From Octopus sinensis (lineage: Eukaryota), in NCBI RefSeq assembly GCF_006345805.1, contig NC_043001.1, forward strand, positions 11,160,001 to 11,224,000: a stretch of 64,000 bases of DNA, read 5' to 3'. A program made the position numbers and the translations under genes. This document shows positions 49,731 through 62,766 of this stretch, piece after piece (position 1 is the stretch's first letter; every line of letters begins with the position of its first letter). The notes beneath the pieces are model-generated. The model was not told the origin of the DNA. It made no database searches and worked only from the letters and a program-made list of their open reading frames with translations.

Positions 49731-51126
49731 TCAATGCACCCTGCCACTGGGCTCTCCTCAACAGTGGTCTCCTAACTGTGAAAAAAAAGAAAAGAAAAAA
49801 GCCACTGTTTGAAACTCTCATTTACCTCTTTTATAAATCAATAAAGAATTGGAACTCTTTCATGCCACTGAGTAATCGAATTTAGTACCAGGCAGTTACA
49901 ACAGTGTAAGAGCTGTTTCCTGATACCATTCTGTTGCTGGTCACCTGGGTACCTGCAACCCACCGATGTCCATTCTACGAATCACTCCACGAAATGGAAA
50001 TGGTTCTCAATCAAAAGAAAATTTTGGTCATTCCGCTAACCATTTAGCTACCATATTTATCACATCCCTTTGGAATTGCTAATGCCATTTCCAGTTTTAA
50101 AATCTTCCCGTTGAGCCATTTTGTGAATGTGAGGAGAGTTTTTCCTGTCACTTCCATTACGGTCAATTAAAAAAGTAAATAAATGAATAATTCACAAACC
50201 AAATAAAAAAAAGAAAAAGAAAAAGAAAAAAGAAAAGGAAAAAAAAAAAGAAAGAATTTCAAAATAACATCTGCCACTTTTCTGGTGCCATTTCCATTAA
50301 ACAGTGCTAAGAGACATTATGGAATTGAAAAGGTAAATTTTGTCAGAATGGAATTCACATCTTGTTCAAGAATTATTATCAATTAATTAAACTACTTCAG
50401 CAGTCAAAGTTTTCTGTAATCTTTCAAATATTGCTTGCACAGAGTATTCTAGTTGAATGTCTTATCTCTTAGATGCTAGTTTTATTTGCCAATACCAATA
50501 ACGACGTTATTCTTTTCCATTAGACTATTTAGCCAAATTAAAGAAGTGTTTGTTTGTTTGTTTGTTATTTTGGCCAACCACTTTTAAATTTCTCTCTCTT
50601 AAAGGATAATTTATTTGTCTAGTAAAAATGGAAGAAAAAAAAAAAACAAGAAATACAACTAAAAATTATTGAAAATATTCTGACTTTTTAACCCATTTAT
50701 TCATTCTCACCACTGTGCATTCTAAAGATATTCCTGTCGCATATAAAGGAACTCTCTAAGCTCCTTGCTTGCAAATTTTTCAAAGGAATGTGCTAACTAC
50801 AGACCTTGGAATTTCAGCCTTACATTTAATCAATGGATCAATTAAATGCGTTAATTAGTGTATTATAGCTAATTAGCTATTTATTTATCTCACATGCTGA
50901 TAAAATAGAATTTATTATCAAATGTTTTTATTTTCATAATTTAGCAGCTTTTGCTAATGTGTGATCACACCTAGTGGCTTTTATATGAGGGGGAAACAGA
51001 TTTGTGATATTTATGTTGGTCTTAAAAGGGTATTTCGGATAAAACTGAAGTGGATTAGCTGCAACCAAGGGTATAATCTAGTTTATTGCTAAGAATTACA
51101 GTTCTATATTTAAGAGATGAGGAATT

Positions 51127-51270
51127 ATGTACATTATTTACATTCGACGGATATTTTTTGTTAACATGTTTTGACTGATATACTTGAGGAAATTTCAAAC
51201 CTGGGTTCTCAATTCTTATGGTATTTTTCGATGATGAGGACAAATATCCAGCAAATGTAAATAATATAAA
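51127..51270 (-). mobile_element. Hammerhead cassette copy D (core deleted) with inverted tail
   Basis: Minus-strand tail 51127-51232, then plus-strand GATGAGGACAAATATCC..TGTAAATAA. Confidence 0.7.
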
Positions 51271-51409
51271 TTGCTAAGAATTGTCGGACACCCACTTGCA
51301 GTGTAAGTGGAGGAGTCACCGACTGACAGCGCTTTTAATGGGGGAAAAGTGGACATGTATTGTTTTCTACTGTATGTTGATGGCTGAGTTTAACAATGTA
51401 ATCGTTGTT

Positions 51410-51690
51410 CATCATCATGATTTAATGGTCACATTTCCATGCCTGCGTGGGTCAGCTGTAATTTGTTGATGTGGATTATTTGTGGCTGGATGCCCTTCCT
51501 GTTAACAATCCTCATCTGAGCCCAAGTTAAGTAAATATTTCCTCATGGCCAGACAGGTTTTTCACCGAAGATTGGAAACAAAAGACATCACTTGTATGAC
51601 AGGGATGCTCATTTACAACCATCACATGATGACAAGACAAAGGTACACACACATACACACACACGGACACACACACACACACACACACAC
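51410..51690 (-). mobile_element. Old SINE 3' half with RTE-type end
   Basis: GCTGGATGCCCTTCCTGT; related to 3475-3665 and 53990-54245. Confidence 0.5.
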
Positions 51691-52481
51691 TACACTCAAT
51701 GTGAATGTATATTCTGAATATAGAAGCTGGAGGTTTTGAAGCAGTAGTCCATAGTTATGTACTTTCTCTTTGAGATATTCATATCAGCAGGTCAGCTGAC
51801 CTCTATGACAATACATAGTTTTTGTGTCTGTCTGTCTGTATGTATGGATGCATTGCCTGTCACAACATGTACATACATGCATGCATGTATTGTGACAAAC
51901 TGCGACCTTGTTAAATGCAACTTGCTCATTGGCATTTATCAATATCTGTCTTCAATCTTTTCATTTATTTATTTTTTTGTGTGTTATTCCAGTCATTTGT
52001 TGTCTATTTTGTGGGAAACATTGGTAAGAATCTTAATTTTCCCTTAGGATTGTAATATGCAATAAATGATTGAAAATATTCATTAATATTCTTATTTCGT
52101 GGCTGGACAATAATCCCTCTATTAGAAATCAAATTTCTTCATTATTATCACAGCTTCCATATTCTTCAGAGCATCAATTAATTTTCCAAACTGCCTCATT
52201 CTATATTGAACCTAGACTTGTAAATCCATTATCATTTCTTCTTCTTCTCTGAGGATAAACTAATTAAGGTCATGTTGCAGAGAGGAAGCCAACAGCAGTT
52301 AACGAACATGTAGCTTTTGATAGATTACCAAGCCATTATCTGTTAGTTGCTAACATGTTACAACATTGCTACCATGATCTACAGTTTCCTGCTTAAAATG
52401 AAATAAGTCTATGTTGTATTTTCTTCTACATCTGTGCCATTATCTAATTGTACAAGGGAACTATAATCTGAATATGAATTA

Positions 52482-53047
52482 TTGGGTTGTCTGGAAAGTT
52501 TGTGCCGATTTTTAAAGGAAAGAAAAAGGTCAATAAATTCTTGCCATTACATTTTTAATCAACCAAATATGAACCATTTTGTTGCACTATGCATCTCCAA
52601 CTTTCCTTCAACTTGAAAGTACCCTCTTCCCAGAATTGAGGTGGTTTCATGGCAAAGAATTCATCAAGGTATCTTTTTACGTCATCCAAGGAATTGAAAT
52701 TTTTACCATTAAGACTATTCTGCAGAGACCTGAATAAGTGGAAATCCGAAGGAGCAATATCTGGTAAATATGGAGGGTGGGGTAACACATTCCATCCGAG
52801 CTGCAGCAATTTTTGTCTGGTTCCCAAAGCATTAAGTACCGAAAATGAACTTTCTTATCTTCCATTTTAAAGGGTTACAGAATTAACACAGGTTATAGGA
52901 ACATAAACCTTCTTCCATGAAAAGGTAGCTTAAACTGTGCTCTAAATGGAGGTGTAGTCAAATTCTATTTCATGGACTCAACCATGTTCTAAAATAAGTC
53001 GAAAGGAAAGCTACTATAAATCGGCACAAACTTTCCAGACAACCCAA
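52482..53047 (-). mobile_element. Internally deleted mariner element
   Basis: TIR TTGGGTTGTCTGGAAAGTTTGTGCCGATTT at both ends, TA flanks; HPPYLPDIAPSDFHLFRSLQN motif (52555-52827). Confidence 0.95.
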
Positions 53048-53319
53048 TATTTATGAACAAAGTCTAACACATTCCGACAAATAGATTTGACATTCAAGGA
53101 ATAATATTTCTTTTCTCGTTTCTTCTGCAACACATTTATGAATCTTACATTTAACTAAATGTTAACTATTTCAAACTAGTTTTTCATGTCTAAATTCAGT
53201 TCTTTACCTTCTCAACTTCTGTTTTATTATTGTTGTTTCTAACGAATAGACATAAATCTCGAGTGATCAGACCCACTGTCTTTACATGTTGCGGAACGTG
53301 GCCTGGCACAGGCTTAGGA

Positions 53320-53921
53320 GGCACAGTCTGGCTGTGTGGTTAAGAAGTTTGCTTCCTGATCACATGGTTTTGGGTTCAATTCTATTGCTTGACACCTTGG
53401 CAAGGGTCTTCTACTCTAGAGCCTTAGAAGTGGATTTGGTTGACAGAAACTGAAAGAAGGCGGCGTGCTGGCGGAAACGTTAGCACACCGGGCGAAATGC
53501 TTAGCGGTATTTCATCTGTCTTTACATTCCACCGAGATCGACTTTGCCTTTCATCCTTTTGAAGTTGATAAATAAAGTACCAGTTACGCACTGGTGTCGA
53601 TGTAATCGACTTAATCCCTTTGTCTATCCTTGTTTGTCTCCTCTGTGTTAGCCCTTTGTGGCAATAAAGAAATAGGTATTCCATCTGCTGCTACGTTCTA
53701 AGTTCAAATTCCACCGAGGTTGACTTTGCCTTTCATCCTTTTGGGGGTCAAATAATTAAGTACCAGTTATGCACTGGGGTCGATCTAATCGACTTAATCC
53801 CTTTGTCCTTGTTTGTCCCCTCTGTGTTTAGTCCCTTGTGGGCAATAAACAAATAAGAAACTGAAAGAAGGCCATCATATAAGTATATCTGTGTGCATTT
53901 GTGTGTGTGCATGTATTTGTG

Positions 53922-53961
<40 letters not shown>

Positions 53962-54245
53962 TGTGTGTGTGTGCGTGTGCATGTGTGTGTTTGTGTCTTC
54001 TTGTCTTGATGTCACAGGATAGTTGTAAACTATTTTCATTGCTATTCAATCAGAGCTCATTGCTTCTAATCTTCTGTTATGACATGTCCAGATTTAAGGA
54101 GATATTAACTTGCTTGGAAAGATAAAGGTTAGCAACAGGAAAGGGCAGCTGGATGCAAAAAAAAAAAAAGCATGGAAAAGTGGACATTTAAAAACAATGG
54201 TGATGTTGATGATGAGGATGATGATGATGAGGCTGATGATGATGA
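53320..54245 (+). mobile_element. Old family-1-headed SINE with nested family-2 dimer (53461-53855)
   Basis: TSD AGAAACTGAAAGAAGG at 53445-53460 and 53856-53871. Confidence 0.8.
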
Positions 54246-54489
54246 CTTGTAAAGCTCAGTGAAGGAACATGTGAGAACAGCTCTGCCAGTATGACTCTTT
54301 GTGGTGTCACAGTTCACTTTACCCATAAAATATTGATAATGTCCTGTTCTTAGTTCCTGTTGATATCTAAAATCTTATTCAGTCCATTCGTCACCTGTCC
54401 AGCTTTCAGTAATATATGCAGATGATAATCTTCCTCTCAAACAAAAAAAAAAATTCAAAAACTTTGATTTGAAGCCTCATTCCTCATCA

Positions 54490-54618
54490 TCGTTGTCATC
54501 ATCACCTCATGAACATCATCATCATCATCGTCGTCATCATCATCATATCATCATCATCATCATCATCATTATCATCATCATCATAATCATCATCATCATC
54601 ATTATCATCACCATCATT

Positions 54619-54656
<38 letters not shown>

Positions 54657-54657
54657 T

Positions 54658-54689
<32 letters not shown>

Positions 54690-54930
54690 AGTCATCATCA
54701 TCATTATCATCACCATCATTATCATCATCATCATCATCATCATTATCATCATCATCATCATCATCATCATAGTCATCATCATCATAATCATCATCATCAT
54801 TTAACATCTATCTTCCATGCTGGTATGTCTTAAGCTGTTCAATGTGATTGTGATGAACCAAAAGAATCTGTTGAGCTCCATTGTCTGTTTGGAATGGTTT
54901 CCCTAACTGGATGCCTTTCTTAATGCCAAC
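54490..54930 (-). repeat. (CAT)n tract (~310 bp) adjoining a degenerate RTE-type end
   Basis: (CAT)n directly followed by TTAACATCTATCTTCCATGCTGGTATG. Confidence 0.8.
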
Positions 54931-55777
54931 CAATTTCCACAGAGATCGGGGTGGGGTGAGGGAGGTGTTTCTCATGTCACCATGTTTACATAAAACAAGG
55001 ACAAAATGTCCAATGTGATTCTTTCCTGCTCCCTATAGAATGATTGCTATTTGAGAAGCATTAAGGCCTCATAGATCCTCATAGAATATGAACCAACAAC
55101 TAAATTGGTAAGGGGTGATTTATGAAAAAAGCAAAAGACAAAGACAGGTGGTGTACAAAACAAACAGATCTCTTAGTATAACGCTCAGGAATAAAAAAGT
55201 CTTTTTATGTTTTGAGCATATGCTCTTCTACAGAAAAGGACACAGAAAAAACAAGGAGAGAAAAAAATGTGTGTAGTGCATTCCATTGTTAGTAAGTGAG
55301 ATAATATGCTGTATGTTAATGCTTGAGTGGTTAACAGTAGGTGGTGGGGTCATACATCAAGTTGTGTAGAGCACACAGTTTAATTTCTGAGAGCTACATG
55401 AGTACATGTACACACACACACACACACACACACACATGCACTGTGTAACCTGTAAGCATTCGGACAATGACAGGAATATCATAAGAAGGACCAGTCTCTC
55501 ATTTCAGTTTGCCGCATCTCCCTTCTGGTGTCTGTTGCTGAAGAGGAGATAATTACTTTGAAATGCATGCCTACAACAGTCTGGTTAGGGACCACTGTAA
55601 GCTGACTTGGCGTATTTGCGCTTATTTGTCTACAGTGAGAGATCTTCTCCTCAAAATACTGTGAAAGGCTCTCTTACAGGTTTGAATATGCCTCAAACAT
55701 ATTTGAACTGGAAACAAATTTGTATTTACACATTATATATATATATACACACACACACACACATATATATACATGTC

Positions 55778-56140
55778 ATCATCATCATCGTCTGCTTTCC
55801 ATGTTGGTATGGGTTGAATGAGTTGACTGAGGATTGGTGAACCAGATGGCTGCACCAGGCTCCAATCTTGATTTGACAGAGTTTCTACGGCTGGATGCCC
55901 TTCCTAATGGCAACCACTCTGAGAGTGTAGTGGGTGCTTTAACGTGCCACTGGCATGAGGGCCAGTCAGGCAGTACTGGCATCGACCATGCTCAAATGGT
56001 GCTTTTCACGTGCCACCTGCACAGGAACCAGTCCGGCGATGCTAGCAACAACCATGCTCGAATGGTGATTTTTACATTCCACTAGCATGGGTGCCAGTCA
56101 GGCACTACTGTCATTGACCATGACAACGATTTCACCTGCC
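55778..56140 (-). mobile_element. RTE-type 3' UTR fragment
   Basis: Consensus match. Confidence 0.8.
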
Positions 56141-56298
56141 TCAACTGGTCTTCACATCACTAAAACTGTGTAATATGCTTTGTTAATAAAGCATATTACT
56201 CTGTCTCTGGTATTCGAGTACTATTTTTTCAACCTCGTTTCACATTTAATTTATGCTTACTCTGGTATATATATATATATATATATATATGATTATGA

Positions 56299-56405
56299 TA
56301 TTAAAATTATAAATTAGGGTATCTACGAGATACCACCATGCTAAAAATAGCAGCCATGATCTGACTCTAAAACCACCTTAGATACCCTAATTTATAATTT
56401 TAATA
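56299..56405. repeat. Perfect inverted repeat, 27-bp arms, 53-nt spacer
   Basis: 56299-56325 vs 56379-56405. Confidence 0.9.
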
Positions 56406-56739
56406 ATTATTACCTTTGAAGGTTATTTTTTCCATGCTTACCGCTTGATAAAATCGTTATTTTTTTTTTAAATTAACGATCTTATCCTTATTTATATATA
56501 TATATATGCACATATATATATATGTGTGCATGTGTGTGTGCATATATGTATATATATTTATGCATACAGACATATATATACATATATATATATATATATG
56601 TATATATATGTACAAGCATGCACATACATATATACGTGTATGTTGTGTGTGTGTGTGTAATAGGTAGTGAGCACGGAAGGAAGACAAGACAATACAGCAG
56701 GAACAAGCTTTATCAAATGTTGTATTAGTTTAAGACTTA

Positions 56740-57227
56740 AAAGGAAAGAGTCTCCATGTTTTGGCCACTTGTCAAGTGTGACATAATTGCGTATTGTCTG
56801 ACCAGTTTGAGCTGTTCCGTCATCGATAAAAATCTAGACGGAGAACACTCCCTGATCAGAGTTAGGTAACATCCAACCTGATGAAAGGTAGTGGGGCCAT
56901 GTAAGGGGTCCCAGGGAGTAGCGTCCCTGCCTTCCTGAGCTAGTTTTCCACCACATTTCTTAAAAATCGTGGTGGAGGCCTTGGTCTCAGGACCTCTCAT
57001 GTCTAGAAACTGAGGCTGGAGGTAAGCAAGGGCATGTGCCCTGTAGAAAATCCAGCTCCAAAAAAGCCTCATGATAGCAAAGGAGAATGGGTACCAGCCA
57101 GCCCAAAGGTTGGGGTGGGCTGCACTTGCTTATCTCGGTTGCTATCGCATTGAGGTAGATCCGGCCAGCCCCGTTAACGGGGGACAGGACCCAGATTTAA
57201 AACACTGGATGATGATGATGATGATAT
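56740..57227 (+). mobile_element. Probable 3' end of another (GAT)n-tailed retroposon
   Basis: GC-richer block, AAGGGCATGTGCCCTGTAGAAA motif, TTAAAACACTG(GAT)n end. Confidence 0.45.
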
Positions 57228-57481
57228 TTCGAGGTTTAGTTCTGATCCTGTTTTGTCCAACATGAGGTGAGACTTAATGGAATGCTAATAAAATCCTTGA
57301 TTATAATTTTAATCATTGTTCCTCTGTATTTGTAGCTTCCGTACAACAATACGAAAATAACCTTTGACATTAATTCACTAGCATTTTGTACCTACAGTAA
57401 CCCCTTGGCTACCATGGGTCTTGTGTTCCTAAATCCCACTGCAATTGGTGAAAATCCACAAAGTAGAAACAGTACAGCACT

Positions 57482-57841
57482 CTCTTCACTCTTTTACTTG
57501 TTTCAGTCATTTGACTGTGGCCATACAGGAGCACTGCCTTTAGTCGAGCAAATCGACCCCGGGACTTATTCTTTGTAAGCCCAGTACTTATTCTATCGGT
57601 CTCTTTTGGCGAACCGCTAAGTGAGGGGACGTAAACACACCAGCATCGGTTGTCAAGCAATGCTAGGGGGACACAACACAGACACACAACCACACACACA
57701 TATATATATGACAGGCTTCTTTCAGTTTCCGTCTACCAAATCACTCACAAGGCATTGGTCGGCCCGGGGCTATAGCAGAAGACACTTGCCCAGATGCCAC
57801 ACAGTGGGACTGAACCGGAACCATGTGGCCACTCCTGCGCC
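57482..57841 (-). mobile_element. SINE family 1 with deletion in head
   Basis: Consensus match. Confidence 0.88.
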
Positions 57842-57981
57842 TATATATCTTTTATTATTATTTTTATAATTTGTGTATATTTATTTTATTATAAATGCGA
57901 AACACCACCACGGAGGAATCAACCTAAGCTTAAGTAATAAACCGCAGAAGGTGAACCGTGATATGGCGAGGGATTACTGTA

Positions 57982-58012
<31 letters not shown>

Positions 58013-58086
58013 GCCTGTTGTCTGCCTGTCTCTCCCTCTCCCTCCCCTGTCTCTCTATGGATATATATACATATATATATATGTAT

Positions 58087-58245
58087 ATCATCATCATCAT
58101 TTAACGTCCGTTTTCCGTGCTAGCACGGGTTGGATGGTTCGACCGGGGTCTGGGAAGCCAGGGGCTGCACCAGACTCCGGTCTGATCTGGCAGTGTTTCT
58201 ACAGCTGGATGCCCTTCCTAATGCCAACCACTCCGTGAGTGTAGT
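58087..58245 (-). mobile_element. RTE LINE 3' tip
   Basis: Consensus match. Confidence 0.85.
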
Positions 58246-58265
58246 ATATATATATGATATTTATA

Positions 58266-58379
58266 GAAACATATCCCAACTGTACATCTCATAGACGATT
58301 ATACATATATATATCTATATATATATATATATATATGTATGTATGATCGTCTATGAGCTGTACAGTTGGGATATGTTTC
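58266..58379. repeat. Inverted repeat, 34-bp arms around a TA-rich loop
   Basis: 58266-58299 vs 58346-58379, one mismatch. Confidence 0.9.
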
Positions 58380-58641
58380 AATAAGTATCAAAATATGTGT
58401 TTAAAGATGTTGAATACAAATATATATGAAGGCAGATGTTAAACGATGATGATGATGATGATACATATATACATACACACACACTCTACATGCATACGTA
58501 CATACATACATACATCTATATACACACACACACATACACACACATACATACACACACCCACACACACATATATATATATATTTACACACACACACACATA
58601 CACATATATATATATACAGACACATATATATACACACAGGG

Positions 58642-58676
<35 letters not shown>

Positions 58677-59317
58677 CATATATCATATAAAGAAGAAAAA
58701 GATCTTTCCATAATGCCGTACCAAATATTTGACATGCAAGGAATTGGAATGCACACACTGCACCATTCATTGAACATTAAATAATTACATAGCATCGTGA
58801 GGAGAGAGAGAGAGAGCAAGAAGAGCGATAGAGAGAGAGAGAGATATATAAAAGGAGGTAGAGAAAGGGAGAGAGAGAGAAGGAGAAGAGAGAGAGATAA
58901 AAGAAAAAAATACGTTTTCTTTGTACCTGAGGGAAAAACAAAAGGAAGTGAAAATAGTATGTCACCAAGTGAATGATTGTACAATATAGAATCCAGTTTG
59001 ATTCCTCTAAGACACACAGACATTTACACACATACACATATGCATATGCACGCACACACACACACTCACACACAACGCGTGTGTGTGTGAACACACTTCA
59101 TTACAAAAGATGTCAAGTGAATTACGATCGAATTACTTTCTAGGCATGAGGTCCGATAGATTTTGGCAAATACCACTCCCCTTCACGGGTGGGTTAGGGT
59201 ACCCTAAAACATGACTTAAAACACCTCCTGTCCACTCCGCCCCACCCCACCCCTCTTGGCGTTTTCAAATTAGATATGGCCAGAGTCACTATTGGCAAAA
59301 CCTATGTTAGCTGAGTT

Positions 59318-59350
<33 letters not shown>

Positions 59351-59485
59351 GTTTAACATTCGCCTTCCATGCTAGCATGGGTGGGATGGTTTCACAAGAG
59401 TCTGCCAGGTAGAAGCTTGCACCAGACTTCTGTGACCGTCTTGGATTTTTACAGCTGGATGCTCTTCCTAACACCAACCATTCAG
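59318..59485 (-). mobile_element. Degenerate RTE-type 3' tip
   Basis: (ATC)nGTTTAACATTCG..CCATGCTAGCATGGG. Confidence 0.7.
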
Positions 59486-59501
59486 CAGAGTTATGTATAT
59501 G

Positions 59502-59545
<44 letters not shown>

Positions 59546-60144
59546 ACTAATGTAGGATATTTTTTTTTTTTTTGAGAAAAAAATTTTATCAATGGCCAGC
59601 ATATCAAAAAATACATTTAAAGGTTAAATTTATAAATAATTTACAAAATAAGGGCAAAAGAAAAATTCTAATGCCAAATATGCCGAAAAAAGACAAAATT
59701 GTCAATAATCATTATAATTTATGTGTCTCGAAACAAACTGATAGAAATTTCTAAAACATCCGTTATTACCGTATTGGTCCCAATTTCGGGGTTAATTCAT
59801 AAGAATTTTCCCCTCTTCAGTGATAAATACGTGAGACATAAATGAAATACTTACTCATACCCATGGAAAAAGCGAGCACTAAGTCCTGAGCAGACCTAAG
59901 TACCCCAAATATATCCGAAATAGAAAATCTTCAGCACATCTCGAGACATGTGTGATTCGAACTAGAAACTTTCACAGAGTGAGAGAATCTATATATATAT
60001 ATATATGTATATATACATACATATATAAAATAATGAAGGCGGCTGTATATGTATATATACATATATGCATACATACAAACACTCACATACATACGCACAT
60101 GCAAAGCTGCTTACACACACACACACACATATACATACATACAT

Positions 60145-60655
60145 ACATCATCATCGTTTAACATCCGCCCTCCATGCTAGCATGGGTTGGACGTATGACT
60201 GAGGGCTGGCAAACCAGATGGATGCACCAGCCTTCAATCTTGATCTGGCAGATTTTCTACAGCTGGATGCCCTTCCTAACGCCAGCCACTCCGAGAGTGT
60301 AGTGGGTGCTTTTTACGTGCCACTGGCACAGGGCCACTCAGGCAGCACTGGCAACGACCTCGCTTGAATCTTTTACAGATGCCACCGGCATAGGTGCCAG
60401 TAAGGTGATGCTGGTAACGATCACGCTCGAATGGAGTCTTTTACGTGCCACTGGCACGGAGGCCAGATAGCCGCTCTGGCAACAATGATGCTCGGATGGC
60501 GCTTTTAATACCCTACTAGCACGGGGCTCAAGTGCTAGTAACGATCACTTTCGAATGGTGCCTTTTAAGTGCCACTGGCACGGAAGCCGGTTAGCCACTC
60601 TGTCAATGATCACACTCATATGGTGCTCTTTGCACCCCACTAGCACGGGCACTTC
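60145..60655 (-). mobile_element. RTE-type 3' UTR, subfamily 2
   Basis: Matches 41390-41878. Confidence 0.8.
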
Positions 60656-60869
60656 AGTACATTCCTTACATTATTTACATACATACACACATACACACAG
60701 TTGCTGAAAGAGTAAGGAGACATCCGGCCCTCGTGAGCAATCCTGAAAGTGAAACAAATTAGTGTGACATGACCTTGTGACCTGTTTAGAAGGTAATTCT
60801 TAAATATACACTGATTTGGATTGTGACGAACTGTCCAGCCCAAGCCTACATGAAAGTGGATGTAACAGG

Positions 60870-61415
60870 ATGATAATGGTGATGGTGATGATGGTGATGG
60901 TCATGATGGTGATGATGATGATGACAGTGAGGTTGAAGAGGATGATAATGATGGTGAAGATGGTGGTGGTGGTAGTGGTGGTGGTGATGATGATGGTGGG
61001 GATGATGATGATGATGATGATGATGATGGCAAAGATAATGATGATGATGTATAAGCATATCTGAGTCTGCCAGCATCTCTCATGTCTCATATACATGCCA
61101 TCACTCAGTGATTCTCTTTTCAATGCACAAAAAGAGAAACAAAACAGCCAAAAAAATAATAATAATAAAAACCATCCTCTTCTGAGCATTTCTGCTTCTT
61201 TCTTCTCTGAATCTACTCTTTTATATAGAAAGAGTTTAATAAGTTTCTTTTAAATTCTTCTTACTTTTTCTTCCTCTACTTCTCTCTCTCTCTGTCTCTC
61301 TTTCTGTTTCTGTGTCACCTCTCTTTTTGCCCTTCTTCTTCTTCTTCTTCTTCTTCTTCTTCTTCTTCTTCTTCTCTTCCTCCTCCTCCTCCCTCTTATT
61401 CTTATTCTTATCATC

Positions 61416-61513
<98 letters not shown>

Positions 61514-61559
61514 CATCATCACATCATCATCATCATCATCATCATCATCAATCATCATC

Positions 61560-61648
<89 letters not shown>

Positions 61649-61660
61649 CATTATTAGAGA
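60870..61660. repeat. (GAT)/(TTC)/(CAT) trinucleotide tracts
   Basis: Direct inspection. Confidence 0.9.
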
Positions 61661-62198
61661 AAGTGTGCGAGAGTAAAAGCGAAAAACAATATCATTTTGA
61701 CATTAATTTTGTTCTTTTTGTTTCCCCTCTCCCCATCTCTCCTTCCCTCACTGTCAACCCTCCTCTCTCTCTTTCTCTCTCGCCTCACTTTTTGCTTTTT
61801 CTGTGTCTTTCTTCTTCTTCTTCTCCTCCTCCTCCTCCTCCTCATTATTATTATTATTATTATTATTAGAAAGTGTGAAAGAATAAAAACGAAAAACAAT
61901 ATCATTTTGACATTATTTTCATTCTCTTTGTTTCTCTCCATCTCTCCTTCCCTCACTCTCACCCCCCTCTCTCTCTCTCTCTTTCACACCTCCTTATCTC
62001 GTTCCTCTTTGTTCTTCTCTTACACCCTCTCTCCCCCTCACTCTCTACCTCCATTTCTTTCTCTCCTTCTCACCAAACTCCTTCGACCTCATTCCCCTCT
62101 CTTCTATCTACTACAGGGGTTTTTGTTTTGTTTTCTTTTGCAATTTTCTTCTTTTTTTCTGTTTTGGTTCTGTTCCTGTTGACATCCTTTCTCTCCAG

Positions 62199-62260
62199 GA
62201 TGGACAATAGCGATAGAAGACATGGTTCGGAATCAAAATGAAAACCATTTTCTCCGCTGA
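62199..62260 (+). other. Candidate short terminal coding exon (phase 1: xWTIAIEDMVRNQNENHFLR*)
   Basis: Pyrimidine tract and TTTCTCTCCAG acceptor; only this frame reads 19 codons; AATAAA at 62497 and 62592; no homology evidence. Confidence 0.25.
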
Positions 62261-62766
62261 TCATTCAAAGACTCTATTCTAAGCTCATTTCAGATAAATC
62301 TCAAGAGACGCTTCAACGAGCATTTAGAAATGTGTCTAGCGACCGGCAACAAAGGCTGTTACCTTCATCTTTCTTGTCTGCTACGCGAGGAGGAGTCGGT
62401 ATAGGGGCAGGAGGGTGGAGGTTGTTCCAGCACCATTATCTCTATAACTAAAGCCATACGGAAAAAACCCCCCAAAAAAACGGTAGCAACAACAACAATA
62501 AAAACAGCAAAAGCCACATAAGCAAGAAAACCAACAATAAGAAGTTGGAGAAGAGAGGAAAGACAAAATACCTTTTTTGTTTAAAAAGTGAAATAAACCG
62601 AAAGAAACCAGTAAAGAGAAGAGATGCTTGACTTCACATCAGGAAGGTGGACTGGCATAAACAATAGACTGTCTTAAGTAGCTTAAGTAAAGTGTCTTAT
62701 AGTGCTTTACTTTCGACGCTCTGTGTACAGGGTTCTAATCCTGCCTTTTCTCACTTTTACATAATA

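Noticed and set aside
54469-54807. Poly-Asp/Ile/Met ORFs (also 48495-49009 and 61250-61869)
   Set aside because: Trinucleotide microsatellite artefacts
56876-56900. CTGATGA motif
   Set aside because: No stem II plus GAAA downstream
61645-61970. Degenerate ~110-bp direct repeat with ~210-bp period
   Set aside because: Real, but best explained as an old local duplication in low-complexity DNA; no functional signal
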